Assembly (NCBI GenBank): GCA_017650325.1
Contig: JAGCFC010000133.1
Location: forward strand, 3,214 to 67,213
Direction of reading: 5' to 3'
Source of the DNA: Salinivirgaceae bacterium
GTDB lineage: Bacteria; Bacteroidota; Bacteroidia; Bacteroidales; SZUA-534
DNA length: 64,000 nucleotides
Under the pieces are notes generated by a model. It saw nothing but the letters and a program-made list of their open reading frames with translations. It had not been told where the DNA came from and made no database searches. The number at the start of each line of letters is the position of its first letter. The first letter of the stretch is position 1. The translations under genes and the position numbers were made by a program. This document shows, one piece after another, positions 8,864 to 19,292 of this stretch.

Positions 8864-11467
8864 ATGGCAAAGAAAAAAAACAGCAGTATAGATGATGATG
8901 TGGACTTGAGTGTAACCGTCCGTCGACGTACCATTGTCGGCGTTTGCCTCACAGCGTTCACTGTTTATATGGCGTTTGCATTCATATCGTACCTGTTTAC
9001 ATGGCGCATCGACCAAAGTACACTTGACGTGCCCATTGGCAAATTGTTTTCAAACACAAACATTGTGGCCAGCAACTGGACAGGCACATTTGGAGCATTG
9101 CTTGCCCAACGATTCATGTACAAATGGATTGGCCTGCCATCGTTCGGACTAATTGTATTGCTAACTGTCTGCATCCTGCGATTGTTCAATATCAAGACAT
9201 GGCCGATTGGCAGAACTGCCAAATTGACAATTGTTTACGCCATTTGGAGCTCAATTGCTTTGGGATACATTTTTCACAATGCCGCATTTACACCAGGCGG
9301 CGCACACGGCTACTTTGTAAGCGAATGGATGAATGCTGTAATTGGCAAACTTGGCACTGGCATTGTGCTGATTACCTGCCTGTTCGCTATTCTATCATTC
9401 ACTTTCGACAGCTTTATTGCCAGATGCCGCACGTTTGTGACCGAACTTATCCACCCCAAAGTAACCGACCCCGAACTGCCAATCGCCATTGAAGCAGGAA
9501 CGCAAGAGAACGAATCGGATGAAATGTCTGAAAATAAATCAGATGACACCATAACCGTCTCCGGCTCAATAGATAACGATACAGAAAATCAGGAAGAAGA
9601 CGATGAGAACGACAGCGAAATGCCGTTTGAGAAAAACGATAAAGATCTGCTCAAATTCGAGATTAAAACCACAGCAACATTTGACAATTCGGACAATGAT
9701 GACGACTTGAGCAACAATCTTGGCGTTGTGGAATCGGAACTGATTGAAGATGACAACAACGATAACTCAAACGATAACAGCAACGTAATTGGTGGACAAG
9801 GCGATTTTGTTATTACCAACCTCACACAGAACAACGATGAGATTAAGCCGGGTGAGAACGCTGATAATAAGCCTAATGACGATGTTGAAATTGAAGTCAT
9901 ACAAAACGAGGAAGAGAAGAAAGACATAATCGACACCAAAATTGAGGAAGAAGGTCCATATGACCCCACCCGCGACCTTGAGAACTACCGACTGCCAGGT
10001 CTTGACCTGCTGAACGATTACGAGCAGAAGAACACATCGGTAACCGAAGAAGAACTGATTGCCAACAAGGATAAAATTGTTGAAACACTGAACGATTACA
10101 AGATTCAGATAGCGAAAATCGAGGCTACCATCGGTCCAACCGTCACACTATACGAAGTTGTGCCGGCAAAGGGTATTAAAATATCGAAAATCAAGAACTT
10201 AAGCGATGATATCGCATTAAGTCTCGCCGCCCTTGGCATCCGTATTATAGCTCCAATTCCAGGGCGCGGAACCGTTGGTATTGAGGTGCCTAACGCAAAA
10301 CCGCAAACAGTGGCTATGCGCACGGTGATTGCGTCGAAAAAATTCCAGGAATCGAAATACGACCTGCCCGTAGCCATTGGCAAAACCATCACCAACGAAA
10401 CATTCACTTTCGACCTGACCAAGACACCTCACCTACTTGTGGCTGGTGCCACCGGTCAAGGTAAATCTGTGGGACTTAACGCAATACTGACGTCGCTACT
10501 CTACAAGAAGCACCCTGCGCAACTGAAACTGGTGCTAGTTGACCCAAAGAAAGTGGAACTGACGCTTTACAAAGCGCTCGAGAAATATTTCTTGGCAAAA
10601 CTGCCCGATGCTGAAGATGCGATTATCACTGATACACAGAAAGTTGTAAACACAATGCAATCGCTTTGCATTGAGATGGACAAACGCTACGATTTGCTGA
10701 AAGAAGCCAGCTGCCGCAATATTAAAGAGTACAACGAAAAATTCATCAACCGACGGCTCAACCCCGAAAAAGGGCACCACTATCTGCCTTATATTGTGGT
10801 GGTTATCGACGAGTTTGCCGACCTGATTATGACCGCCGGCAAAGAAATTGAGTTGCCGATTGCCCGTCTGGCACAGTTGGCGCGCGCCATCGGCATTCAC
10901 TTGATTGTTGCCACACAAAGACCTGATTCAAACGTTATTACAGGCTTGATTAAGGCCAACTTCCCGGCTCGAATCGCATTCAAAGTAATGAGTGGAATGA
11001 ACTCTCGCATCGTTCTTGACTCACCAGGCGCCGAACAACTGATTGGCCGCGGCGATATGCTGATTGCAATGGGTAGCGAAACCACACGCGTACAATGTGC
11101 CTTTGTCGATACACCAGAACTTGAGAAGATAATGCAGCACATTGAGCAGCAACAAAGTTACACTGGAGCATACGAACTGCCAGAATATGTGCCCGAAGGC
11201 GGCGCCAGTGGCGGTATTGGCGAAGATGTCGATCTCTCGAAACGCGACCCGTTGTTTGAAGAAGCCGCACGCATAATTGTAATAAATCAGCAAGGTTCTA
11301 CTTCCTTGATTCAAAGGAAGTTCTCAATAGGTTACAACCGTGCCGGACGTCTAGTCGACCAATTGGAGGCCGCCGGAATTGTTGGCCCATTCCAAGGCGC
11401 CAAAGCTCGCGAGGTGCTCATTCCCGATGAAATGAGCCTTGACCGCTTACTGGAAACACTTCAATAA
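8864..11467 (+). CDS. ftsK: DNA translocase FtsK
   Basis: 867 aa. It has N-terminal TM helices, an acidic D/N/E-rich linker, and a motor domain with Walker A GATGQGKS and Walker B VVVIDEFADL. The C-terminal gamma wHTH reads STSLIQRKFSIGYNRAGRLVDQLE. Confidence 0.93.
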   Translation: MAKKKNSSIDDDVDLSVTVRRRTIVGVCLTAFTVYMAFAFISYLFTWRIDQSTLDVPIGKLFSNTNIVASNWTGTFGALLAQRFMYKWIGLPSFGLIVLLTVCILRLFNIKTWPIGRTAKLTIVYAIWSSIALGYIFHNAAFTPGGAHGYFVSEWMNAVIGKLGTGIVLITCLFAILSFTFDSFIARCRTFVTELIHPKVTDPELPIAIEAGTQENESDEMSENKSDDTITVSGSIDNDTENQEEDDENDSEMPFEKNDKDLLKFEIKTTATFDNSDNDDDLSNNLGVVESELIEDDNNDNSNDNSNVIGGQGDFVITNLTQNNDEIKPGENADNKPNDDVEIEVIQNEEEKKDIIDTKIEEEGPYDPTRDLENYRLPGLDLLNDYEQKNTSVTEEELIANKDKIVETLNDYKIQIAKIEATIGPTVTLYEVVPAKGIKISKIKNLSDDIALSLAALGIRIIAPIPGRGTVGIEVPNAKPQTVAMRTVIASKKFQESKYDLPVAIGKTITNETFTFDLTKTPHLLVAGATGQGKSVGLNAILTSLLYKKHPAQLKLVLVDPKKVELTLYKALEKYFLAKLPDAEDAIITDTQKVVNTMQSLCIEMDKRYDLLKEASCRNIKEYNEKFINRRLNPEKGHHYLPYIVVVIDEFADLIMTAGKEIELPIARLAQLARAIGIHLIVATQRPDSNVITGLIKANFPARIAFKVMSGMNSRIVLDSPGAEQLIGRGDMLIAMGSETTRVQCAFVDTPELEKIMQHIEQQQSYTGAYELPEYVPEGGASGGIGEDVDLSKRDPLFEEAARIIVINQQGSTSLIQRKFSIGYNRAGRLVDQLEAAGIVGPFQGAKAREVLIPDEMSLDRLLETLQ

Positions 11468-11476
11468 CAACCGATT

Positions 11477-12136
11477 ATGAAAAGAATTGCATTACTAATA
11501 TTAGCGTTGGGCACATCGGTGTGCTTTGCGCAAAAAGACCCTGAAGCCAAAACCATTCTCGACAAAGCCGCTAAGCAAGCCTCTGGCTACAAGAGCGTTA
11601 CGGCCGACTTCGATTGTGTGTACGAGAACCTTGCCGAAGAGAAAAGCGAGAACTACAACGGCACTCTATTGCTCAAAGGCAACCGCTTCCGCATCGATGT
11701 CGACAAAACCATAACTTTCTGCGACGGCAAGACACGCTGGGCATATTTAACTGAAAGTAACGAAGTTACCATATCGCCAATTGAAGCATCGAACGACGAT
11801 GCTCCTGAAGAAAAATTCATGTCGGACCCAATGTCGCTTTACACCATCTATCGCAGCGGATTCAAATATGTGATGGGCGAAACCGAAGAGATTGGCGGCA
11901 AAACAATGCAAATTGTGGAACTTGCACCAGAGAACATCAAGAAACCTTATTTCAAGATAAAATACTGGTTTACACCGAATAACGACCTTTATCAGATCAA
12001 GTGCTTCCAAAAGGACGGCACACGGTTCACGCTCACACTGACAAAATTCAGCACCAATCAAAAAATCGATGACGCAGAACTGAACTTCGATGCGAAAAAG
12101 TACCCAGGAATCGAGATTATCGATATGAGGGACTGA
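11477..12136 (+). CDS. LolA-like outer-membrane lipoprotein carrier/sorting protein
   Basis: 219 aa with a signal peptide. It lies 9 nt after ftsK, the usual Bacteroidetes position. Fold assignment is from memory of the family only. Confidence 0.65.
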   Translation: MKRIALLILALGTSVCFAQKDPEAKTILDKAAKQASGYKSVTADFDCVYENLAEEKSENYNGTLLLKGNRFRIDVDKTITFCDGKTRWAYLTESNEVTISPIEASNDDAPEEKFMSDPMSLYTIYRSGFKYVMGETEEIGGKTMQIVELAPENIKKPYFKIKYWFTPNNDLYQIKCFQKDGTRFTLTLTKFSTNQKIDDAELNFDAKKYPGIEIIDMRD

Positions 12137-12175
12137 ACATTGATTGATTAACTGATTGATTAGAAGGCGACAACC

Positions 12176-12784
12176 CTACTCTTCTGAAACATTGTGCCCA
12201 TTGTCCCGTCGGATGTCATCAATCCACTTACCAACTACAGGTGCTTGATAACCAAAGAGTTTATCGATGGCTTCAGTTGGTGTGTCGGCAAACAGAACCA
12301 TTGCGGCGTGTTGCGGTAAAAGCATTTTCTGCCCTACCATAAACTCAAGTTGCGACTTTAAATGATTGTAGAATCCGTTGATATTCAGCACTACAAGCGG
12401 CTTTTTGTGGAAACCTAACTGCCCACCCGACAAGATTTCAAACATCTCGTCCATTGTGCCAAAGCCACCCGGAAGAACAATAAAACCATCGGAAATGCGC
12501 TCCATTGTGGCTTTGCGTTCCGGCATTGAACCGACAACTATCATTTGCTCCAATCCCGTCTGGGCTAACTCTCGGCCCGCCAAAAACTCGGTGATAACTC
12601 CCGTAACCTTTGAGCCACCTGCCATTGCAGCCTCAGCCACGCAACGCATCAGCCCAACGTTGGCGCCGCCATAAACCAAATCAAGTCCGCGAACGGCAAG
12701 CACTGAGCCAAATTCAGTCGCAACATTCTGATATTCAATGTTCGCTCCCAAATTCGACGCGCAGAACACGCAAACGGTCTTCAT
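12176..12784 (-). CDS. LOG family (TIGR00730-type) cytokinin riboside 5'-monophosphate phosphoribohydrolase-like protein
   Basis: 202 aa. It has the GGANVGLM and PGGFGTMDE signature motifs. Confidence 0.85.
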   Translation of the reverse strand: MKTVCVFCASNLGANIEYQNVATEFGSVLAVRGLDLVYGGANVGLMRCVAEAAMAGGSKVTGVITEFLAGRELAQTGLEQMIVVGSMPERKATMERISDGFIVLPGGFGTMDEMFEILSGGQLGFHKKPLVVLNINGFYNHLKSQLEFMVGQKMLLPQHAAMVLFADTPTEAIDKLFGYQAPVVGKWIDDIRRDNGHNVSEE

Positions 12785-12793
12785 TGCCGGATT

Positions 12794-14026
12794 CTATTTG
12801 TTTTTGCAGTGAATCAGTCGAAGGGTGTGCCCCATACGCTCCTTTTTAGTGCGCATATAGAACTCGTTGTACTTGTTCGGTTCAATCTCGATGGGCACGT
12901 TTTCAACCACTTCAAGACCATAAGCCTCAAGCCCGATACGCTTTACCGGGTTGTTGGTCATCAGGCGCATCTTGCTCACGCCCAACTCGCGCAGGATGCT
13001 TGCACCAACGCCGTAATCGCGTTCATCAGCGTCAAAACCTAAATGGATGTTGGCGTCAACAGTGTCGTAACCATGCTCTTGCAGTTCATAGGCTTTGATT
13101 TTGGCCATCAGTCCAATGCCTCGGCCTTCCTGATTCATATAGATTATAACACCCTTGCCTTCTTTATCAATGGTTTGCATCGCCTTGTGCAGTTGCTCGC
13201 CGCACTCGCAACGCATTGAGCCGAAAATGTCGCCGGTCATACACGATGAGTGCACCCTAACCAAAATCGGCTCGCCACTCTCCCACTCTCCTTTAATCAG
13301 AGCGATGTGTTCCTTGCCGTTCGACTTCTGCATAAACGGAATCAAGCGGAAATCGCCGTAAGCCGTGGGCAGATGCACCTCCGGGCCACGCTCAATAAGC
13401 GAATCCTGTTTCAGACGGAAAGCGATCAAATCCTTGATGGTTATTATATTGAGATTGAACTCTTTAGCAATTTTCTGTAATTGTTCCATCCGGGCCATTG
13501 TGCCGTCTTCGTTCATAATCTCGATGAGTGCGGCAGCCGGATACAATCCCGCCAATCGGGCCAAATCGACAGCGGCCTCGGTATGTCCGGCACGACGGAT
13601 AACACCCTTGTTTTGAGCATAAAGCGGATTGATGTGCCCCGGACGCGCAAAGGTCGACGGCTTTGAATTCGGGTCGGCCAACGCCTTGATGGTTGCGGCG
13701 CGATCAGCAGCCGAAACACCTGTGGTACAGCCTTCTATCTTATCGACAGATACCGTGAACGGCGTTCCCAAAATCGACGTGTTGTTATCGACCATATGGT
13801 TGAGTTCAAGTTCGGCACAACGGTCGATGGTGATTGGCGCACAAAGCAGTCCGCGGCCATTTTTCAGCATAAAATTCACCTTTTCGGGGGTGATTTTTTC
13901 GGCAGCAATCACAAAGTCGCCTTCGTTCTCGCGGTCCTCGTCATCGACAACAATCACAAAATCGCCATTTTTTATTGCCTGAATGGCTTCGGGTATCGTG
14001 TTCAATTTAATGTCGGTATTATCCAT
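12794..14026 (-). CDS. ribBA: Bifunctional 3,4-dihydroxy-2-butanone-4-phosphate synthase / GTP cyclohydrolase II
   Basis: 410 aa. The DHBP synthase half has [11 protein letters not shown] and RAGHTEA. The GCH-II half has [21 protein letters not shown] and MTNNPVK. Confidence 0.95.
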   Translation of the reverse strand: MDNTDIKLNTIPEAIQAIKNGDFVIVVDDEDRENEGDFVIAAEKITPEKVNFMLKNGRGLLCAPITIDRCAELELNHMVDNNTSILGTPFTVSVDKIEGCTTGVSAADRAATIKALADPNSKPSTFARPGHINPLYAQNKGVIRRAGHTEAAVDLARLAGLYPAAALIEIMNEDGTMARMEQLQKIAKEFNLNIITIKDLIAFRLKQDSLIERGPEVHLPTAYGDFRLIPFMQKSNGKEHIALIKGEWESGEPILVRVHSSCMTGDIFGSMRCECGEQLHKAMQTIDKEGKGVIIYMNQEGRGIGLMAKIKAYELQEHGYDTVDANIHLGFDADERDYGVGASILRELGVSKMRLMTNNPVKRIGLEAYGLEVVENVPIEIEPNKYNEFYMRTKKERMGHTLRLIHCKNK

Positions 14027-14047
14027 CGCATCTTATTTTGAGATGTG

Positions 14048-14055
14048 CAAAAGTA
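14048..14055 (-). promoter_or_regulatory. Candidate -7 promoter box for ribBA
   Basis: The minus strand reads TACTTTTG, 21 nt upstream of the ATG at 14026. Confidence 0.4.
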
Positions 14056-14100
14056 GGCAGAATTGTTAGGTGCTGAAAATTTTCTTTCGCTCCTAACCCG

Positions 14101-16755
14101 TCATTTTTTCTTTTCTTTCAAATCTTCAATCGAATTGTCGATCCACTCTTGCTGATAAGCGCGTTTAAGGTTGTTGTACCACTTGTCGCCGCGGGTGTAT
14201 TCGATGACTTTCACCTTCGGGTCGGCTGACGGATGCTCGCGGAAATCGCGGCGGGCAAGCTCAATACCTAATTTCTCCTGACTCTCACGTGTCCACATCG
14301 CCTCAAAATAACGATGGTTCAACTCGTTGAGCATATTGAGCGCTTTTTTCAGTTCGTTGATTTCTGCGTAATAAACAACCGCCGCGTCAATCAACCCACT
14401 ATACTGATTCTCAAATACATAATCATAAACAGGTTTGTGTCGAATGCCGAATTGATTGTTGCAACTGTCGGTGAAGAACTCGGTGGCGGCCACATAGGTC
14501 TCGAGTGCTTTTTGGAACTCCTTCTGCTCGAGCATCGGCTGAATCGAATTAACCATCTGCTGATAGCGGCAAATGGTTTCGATGTCGTTGACACGCATCT
14601 TGGCAACTGAGTCGGTCAGATTGCAGTTGTAATTGGCTCGGGCGATTCCGGCCGCCTTATGCAGCACAGTTCGCGCCTTTATGAACTCCTTCTGCTTAAT
14701 CAGCCTCTCGGCAGCTCCAGCCTGCACGTTATAGTCGAACCACGCCTGACTGCACTCGCCTTCGTTGAGCGCGGCTGAAAGGTCGGCCAATGCGGTCTGC
14801 ACTTCTTCAATCTTCGATATTTTCGAATCTTCGGCAACAGCCAACGCCGTCTGATACTGCTGTCCGGCCTTGCCCATCTGCAACATATTTGCATACGAAA
14901 TACCCAAACTGCAAAGATTGACAACGTACATTACTGATGCGTCGCGGTGCTTGGTTGTCCATGCTGTGTCGGCCACAATTGGCTGCGATTTGTTGATTGC
15001 CAACGCCGCAGCGTAAAATGCCAATGCCTCACGCGGTTGCTTGCGATTCAAAGCGTCATCGCCTTCGCACATCAAGCCGTCGTACTTCTGTTGATAGGCC
15101 TCAACGCGCAACTCATCGGCAAGCGCGATTTTCTTGAGATCCCATGTTTGGCGGTACTTCTCAGCCTCATCGAGTTGTTCAAGCGCCGAATCAGGATAAC
15201 CGTCTTCGAGCGACGATTTAGCCTCGGTGAGCATCTGCATATATTTGTGTGTACGGCTGTCGAACGCCAATTTCTCAAGCTCATCGGTGCAATTCACCGC
15301 TTTGTGCGTGCGGCAGATATGCGTTGCCTGATCGAAAGCGAAAAGCGCCTCGTCCGGCTTATCCATCGACACCTGTTTGCCGTACGCTATCCACGCCACA
15401 TATAATTGGTTCAGCAACTTCGATTCATCGGTAGCGTCAATGTCGAAGGTCGGATATTCTGCACGCAAGCTAGCGGCTGAATCAGCAAAAACGGTACTCT
15501 GCCGCAAATCGGATGCTTCATAGAACTCGCGAGCCTGCGCCACTAGTTTGGCGTGGATGGCACCATAGAGCTGTGCCGACAACTTATCGAACTCCTCGAA
15601 ACGACGAATTCCCTTTATACGCTTGCAATAATCCTTACATACCGAAAGCATTGCAAATCCACCGTCAACATCTTTGTTTTCAATATAATAACCAACCGAA
15701 TCGATATAAACGTAAATCACCTTTTCTGCCAATTTAATAGTTCCGTAACGGGTGTCGGAATCGGGGTTCATATCGGCAATAATTCTCACGCAAGTATCAA
15801 GCACTTTCCGATAAAGTTTCTCTTCGAAATCCATCAGCGCAAGCTGGTAATGCGGCGGCGCGTAGTTCGTCTTCGCTTCTACAGACTTGATAAACAGATC
15901 TTCAGCCTTATCGCCCTTGCCCCATTCAAGCCAATCCACACCTTTCTTGTAGTATGTTTCCCAAATGTGCGACAGCGCGTACTCAACTTGCTTCTTGACG
16001 TTGCGGTTGGTCTGCTCCACAGCACGTATGTGGTCGGTCAAGCCGATGGGGTCGCTGGTAGCAAGGTCAAGTTCTGTGTCGAAATGGCGTGATTTAATGT
16101 TGTTTATGAAAGCCGTGTTATCGATAGTCAACTGCCGCGATTGTTCAAGTTGCTCAATCGAATCAGCCTTGACGGCGGCCAACTCCTGCTCCATCATCTT
16201 CAATCGGGCGTCGGTGTTGAAATAATCGTCAATCAAGGTCACAAACTCATCGGCTTCGCGCACACCCGATTTGCTAAAATGCAACCCGGCCTCAACAATT
16301 CTCAGTTTGCAGTCGGTCTGCTCTTCTTCGGTGAAGTGAAAGCGCACCATGTTTTTGCCTTCTTCAAACGGCTCATTATCAACCGTCCATCGCTTCAACT
16401 CATTGCCCTTATTGGTCAGTAACACGAATTCAATACTAAACACATTGGGCATCAGTACCTTATCGATAGAAAAGCCTTTGTATTGATGCGTTGAGCCCAT
16501 CTTCACACTTTTGTTGTCGATGGTGATGAGCAACTCGCCTCCGATTCTCGTAATGCGGCTCGCCAACTCAAGTTTATAGGTCAATAGCCGATCGCCACCA
16601 TCGGCAAAAACAATGTCAAGCAGACCATTGTCGGTACGGTTGTCGCCGTTCACATCAACCGACAAGGTTTCCGTTTCGTTGAATAATGTGGCTTGCGCCG
16701 ATGCTTGCCAACATACTGTGGCAGCCAAAATGAATGTGCAGATTAAACGTTTCAT
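14101..16755 (-). CDS. Large secreted hypothetical protein: N-terminal beta-rich region, then a long helical/TPR-like region
   Basis: 884 aa. It has a signal peptide (MKRLICTFILAATVCWQASAQ) and is open across the full length in host-like composition. No family recognised. Confidence 0.7.
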   Translation of the reverse strand: MKRLICTFILAATVCWQASAQATLFNETETLSVDVNGDNRTDNGLLDIVFADGGDRLLTYKLELASRITRIGGELLITIDNKSVKMGSTHQYKGFSIDKVLMPNVFSIEFVLLTNKGNELKRWTVDNEPFEEGKNMVRFHFTEEEQTDCKLRIVEAGLHFSKSGVREADEFVTLIDDYFNTDARLKMMEQELAAVKADSIEQLEQSRQLTIDNTAFINNIKSRHFDTELDLATSDPIGLTDHIRAVEQTNRNVKKQVEYALSHIWETYYKKGVDWLEWGKGDKAEDLFIKSVEAKTNYAPPHYQLALMDFEEKLYRKVLDTCVRIIADMNPDSDTRYGTIKLAEKVIYVYIDSVGYYIENKDVDGGFAMLSVCKDYCKRIKGIRRFEEFDKLSAQLYGAIHAKLVAQAREFYEASDLRQSTVFADSAASLRAEYPTFDIDATDESKLLNQLYVAWIAYGKQVSMDKPDEALFAFDQATHICRTHKAVNCTDELEKLAFDSRTHKYMQMLTEAKSSLEDGYPDSALEQLDEAEKYRQTWDLKKIALADELRVEAYQQKYDGLMCEGDDALNRKQPREALAFYAAALAINKSQPIVADTAWTTKHRDASVMYVVNLCSLGISYANMLQMGKAGQQYQTALAVAEDSKISKIEEVQTALADLSAALNEGECSQAWFDYNVQAGAAERLIKQKEFIKARTVLHKAAGIARANYNCNLTDSVAKMRVNDIETICRYQQMVNSIQPMLEQKEFQKALETYVAATEFFTDSCNNQFGIRHKPVYDYVFENQYSGLIDAAVVYYAEINELKKALNMLNELNHRYFEAMWTRESQEKLGIELARRDFREHPSADPKVKVIEYTRGDKWYNNLKRAYQQEWIDNSIEDLKEKKK

Positions 16756-17052
16756 CTATGTCCGATTTTTACACGTGCGCCTGCGTTTTTCTCCCTTGCG
16801 GGAATACAAAAAAACGCAAGGCTTCGCCATTTTTTAACAGCCTGATTGCCAATAAATTTCTTTATCAGCAAGCCGCTAAAAAGCAAGCACAATGTAAGTA
16901 TTTTATCTATCGATTTTCTGGGGCTACAATTATGTATTCAACAGGTTGGGTGTTAATAGTTTTGGGGGGGATAAAAAAGATGAGAAATGTAAAATGGGTT
17001 AATTACTCGATGTATTTCAGATATTATGGGTATTCGGGATAATTATATTCGA

Positions 17053-18174
17053 TTATAATTCAGCAATATATTCCATAAATCCTTGCTTGTTTTCGATTGC
17101 TGTGGTTGTCGGTCTGCCCAAATCCTCACGGGCCCCGATTGAGCACTTGACTTCTATAAGGCTTAATTCGTTGGCATTTTTAGCAGCTTGCAGCGCTTTG
17201 TCTAACGCTTCAAACGAATCGACAGAAACAACATTCTTATAGCCGCAAGCCTTTGCAATGGCAACTAAATCTATCTTGCCAGCAACTGTCGGCTGGCCGC
17301 CAACGGTCTCGTGTGCCGAATTGTTGATGACAACGTGAACGAGATTTTTAGGCGCATTGGCACCAATTACGGCCATAGAACCCATATGCATAAGAACCGC
17401 GCCATCACCGTCAATGCACCATATTTTTTTGTCGGGTTTGTTGATAGCGACACCCAACGCAATTGACGAGCTGTGCCCCATAGAACCAACAGTCAGAAAA
17501 TCATATTTATGGCTTTGGTGGTTTGCCTCACGAATTTCAAAAAGTTCGCGGCTGGCCTTGCCCGTTGTCGAGACAATCGGATCCTCACCTGATACACTCA
17601 CAATATGGCGGATGATTTCCTCGCGAAGCATCGTGTTGTTGTTTTTATACTCAACCTTGCCGTCGTAAGAGAGTCCGCCCTTGCGTACCACAAACGCAAC
17701 ATCCTTGCCTTGTGAGAGCAACGATTTGAAATCTACCATCGCTTTCTCGACTTCTTCATCCGTCGTCTCTTTACCAATAATGAACGACGATATTTCCATA
17801 TCGTCAAGAAGTTTCACCGTGACTTCGCCTTGATAAATGTGTTGCGGCTCATCGTGAACACCTGGCTCACCGCGCCAACCAATAACAAAAACCACGGGGA
17901 TAGCATACACCTTGTCGTTCAACAACGATGCAACGGGGTTAATAATATTGCCCTCGCCCGAATTTTGCATATAAACTACTGGCACTTTGCCTGTTGCCAG
18001 ATGATAACCCGCCGCCAAAGCCGTACAGTTACCCTCGTTTGCAGCAATGATATGGTGTTTCGGATCGATACCGTATTTGTTCATCAAACAGTTGCACAAT
18101 GCCTTCAACTGGCTGTCAGGCACACCTGTATAAAAATCGGCGCCTATTATATTTAAAAGATTCTCTACCTTCAT
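17053..18174 (-). CDS. ppd: Phosphonopyruvate decarboxylase, copy 1 (ThDP-dependent)
   Basis: 373 aa. It has GADFYTGVPDSQLK, NEGNCTALAAGY, MQNSGEGN, GWRGEPGVHDEPQH, and the ThDP motif IDGDGAVLMHMG...NN. It overlaps the upstream gene by 4 nt (ATGA). Confidence 0.85.
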   Translation of the reverse strand: MKVENLLNIIGADFYTGVPDSQLKALCNCLMNKYGIDPKHHIIAANEGNCTALAAGYHLATGKVPVVYMQNSGEGNIINPVASLLNDKVYAIPVVFVIGWRGEPGVHDEPQHIYQGEVTVKLLDDMEISSFIIGKETTDEEVEKAMVDFKSLLSQGKDVAFVVRKGGLSYDGKVEYKNNNTMLREEIIRHIVSVSGEDPIVSTTGKASRELFEIREANHQSHKYDFLTVGSMGHSSSIALGVAINKPDKKIWCIDGDGAVLMHMGSMAVIGANAPKNLVHVVINNSAHETVGGQPTVAGKIDLVAIAKACGYKNVVSVDSFEALDKALQAAKNANELSLIEVKCSIGAREDLGRPTTTAIENKQGFMEYIAEL

Positions 18175-19292
18175 TTTAATTTCGATATTTTATGATATAA
18201 CATATCGATAGTGTCCTCTTCAAGCAAGACTGGATTGTTTTTCAATCTTGTCGGATTGACCGATTTTTTCAGAACATCAAAATCACTTTCCGATTTGATT
18301 TCTGGCGCCTTCAATCCTAACGATTCAACTATATTCTTGAATTTAGCAGCCGCATCCATTGGGGACTTCTCTCCCATTGATTCTGCGATTTCCACAAAAA
18401 CAGAGTCAAGATATTCTCTGCCTCGACTATCGATACATTTTACCGTATTCTCAATCATATACGGCCATAATTCACTGACACACAATGCAGCCGCGTGTCC
18501 GTGCGCGATTCCGTAAAGCGATGTTAGTTTATAGCACATTGCGTGCCCCGCTGTCGTCTGAGTAATGTTTATGGCTTTCCCCGCGATGTTCGCTGCCATC
18601 AGCATATTCTTGTTGCCATCGTATTCGTTTTTCAAATACGAATCCATATTATTGAGAATCAACCTTATCGCGTCTTTCGAATATGCCTTGCTCTCATCCG
18701 TCGAATTGACCGACCAAAAGGCCTCTACAGCGTGGCAAAAAGCGTCAAGCATTGTAACCTTGCGCTGATAATCGGGCAATGTTTCAAGTACCGACGGGTC
18801 GAACAAGACAACCTGCGGAATGCAACTGTAATCCGCAATAGACTGTTTGGCGCCATTATAGTAAATAACCGCAAAACGAGTTGCCTCGCTGCCTGTCCCC
18901 GCTGTTGTCGGGATTGCAAAAAACGGAATGTTGTTCGGCTCGATTTTCTGATTTATGTAATCGCTACCCAATGGCATTGTTGCATACAGTTTTATGCATT
19001 TTGCCACATCCATTGTGCTTCCACCGCCTACGGCAAGAATCGAATCGCATTCAGTTTTTCTGAAAACATCCACGCCTTTCACAACCGATTTGTAATCGGG
19101 ATTCGGTTGGTAATCAGAAAAGAAGACGATTCCTATATTGTTCGCAGCAAAAAAATCTATTATGTACTTTCCGACAGAAAGTTTCTTGAAAGACGAATCG
19201 CAGACAACAATAATTTTTTTTATGCCGCGGTCAAGAAATTGACTTACGAATTCATCGTAGTCTTTGTAGGAAAAAATAGCCGTCTGTTCCAC
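18171..19292 (-). CDS. Group III iron-dependent alcohol dehydrogenase, predicted phosphonoacetaldehyde reductase (PhpC/FomC-like)
   Basis: 373 aa. It has AVGGGSTMDVAK, the metal-site histidines (CHAVEAFW, GIAHGHAAAL), and a GTG start overlapping the pepM-1 stop by 1 nt. It sits between pepM and ppd. Confidence 0.7.
   Translation of the reverse strand: MEQTAIFSYKDYDEFVSQFLDRGIKKIIVVCDSSFKKLSVGKYIIDFFAANNIGIVFFSDYQPNPDYKSVVKGVDVFRKTECDSILAVGGGSTMDVAKCIKLYATMPLGSDYINQKIEPNNIPFFAIPTTAGTGSEATRFAVIYYNGAKQSIADYSCIPQVVLFDPSVLETLPDYQRKVTMLDAFCHAVEAFWSVNSTDESKAYSKDAIRLILNNMDSYLKNEYDGNKNMLMAANIAGKAINITQTTAGHAMCYKLTSLYGIAHGHAAALCVSELWPYMIENTVKCIDSRGREYLDSVFVEIAESMGEKSPMDAAAKFKNIVESLGLKAPEIKSESDFDVLKKSVNPTRLKNNPVLLEEDTIDMLYHKISKLK

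Noticed and set aside
9480-9960. A highly acidic D/N/E/S-rich low-complexity tract in FtsK, as a possible repeat or insertion.
   Set aside because: FtsK proteins normally carry a variable low-complexity linker between the membrane and motor domains. This is an ordinary feature.
16756-17052. The 102-aa ORF at 16734-17042 and an imperfect hairpin around 16780-16830, downstream of the polymer operon.
   Set aside because: The ORF has no RBS or promoter context, has odd composition, and overlaps the start of the 884-aa gene. The hairpin needs a bulge and has no following U-tract on the relevant (minus) strand.
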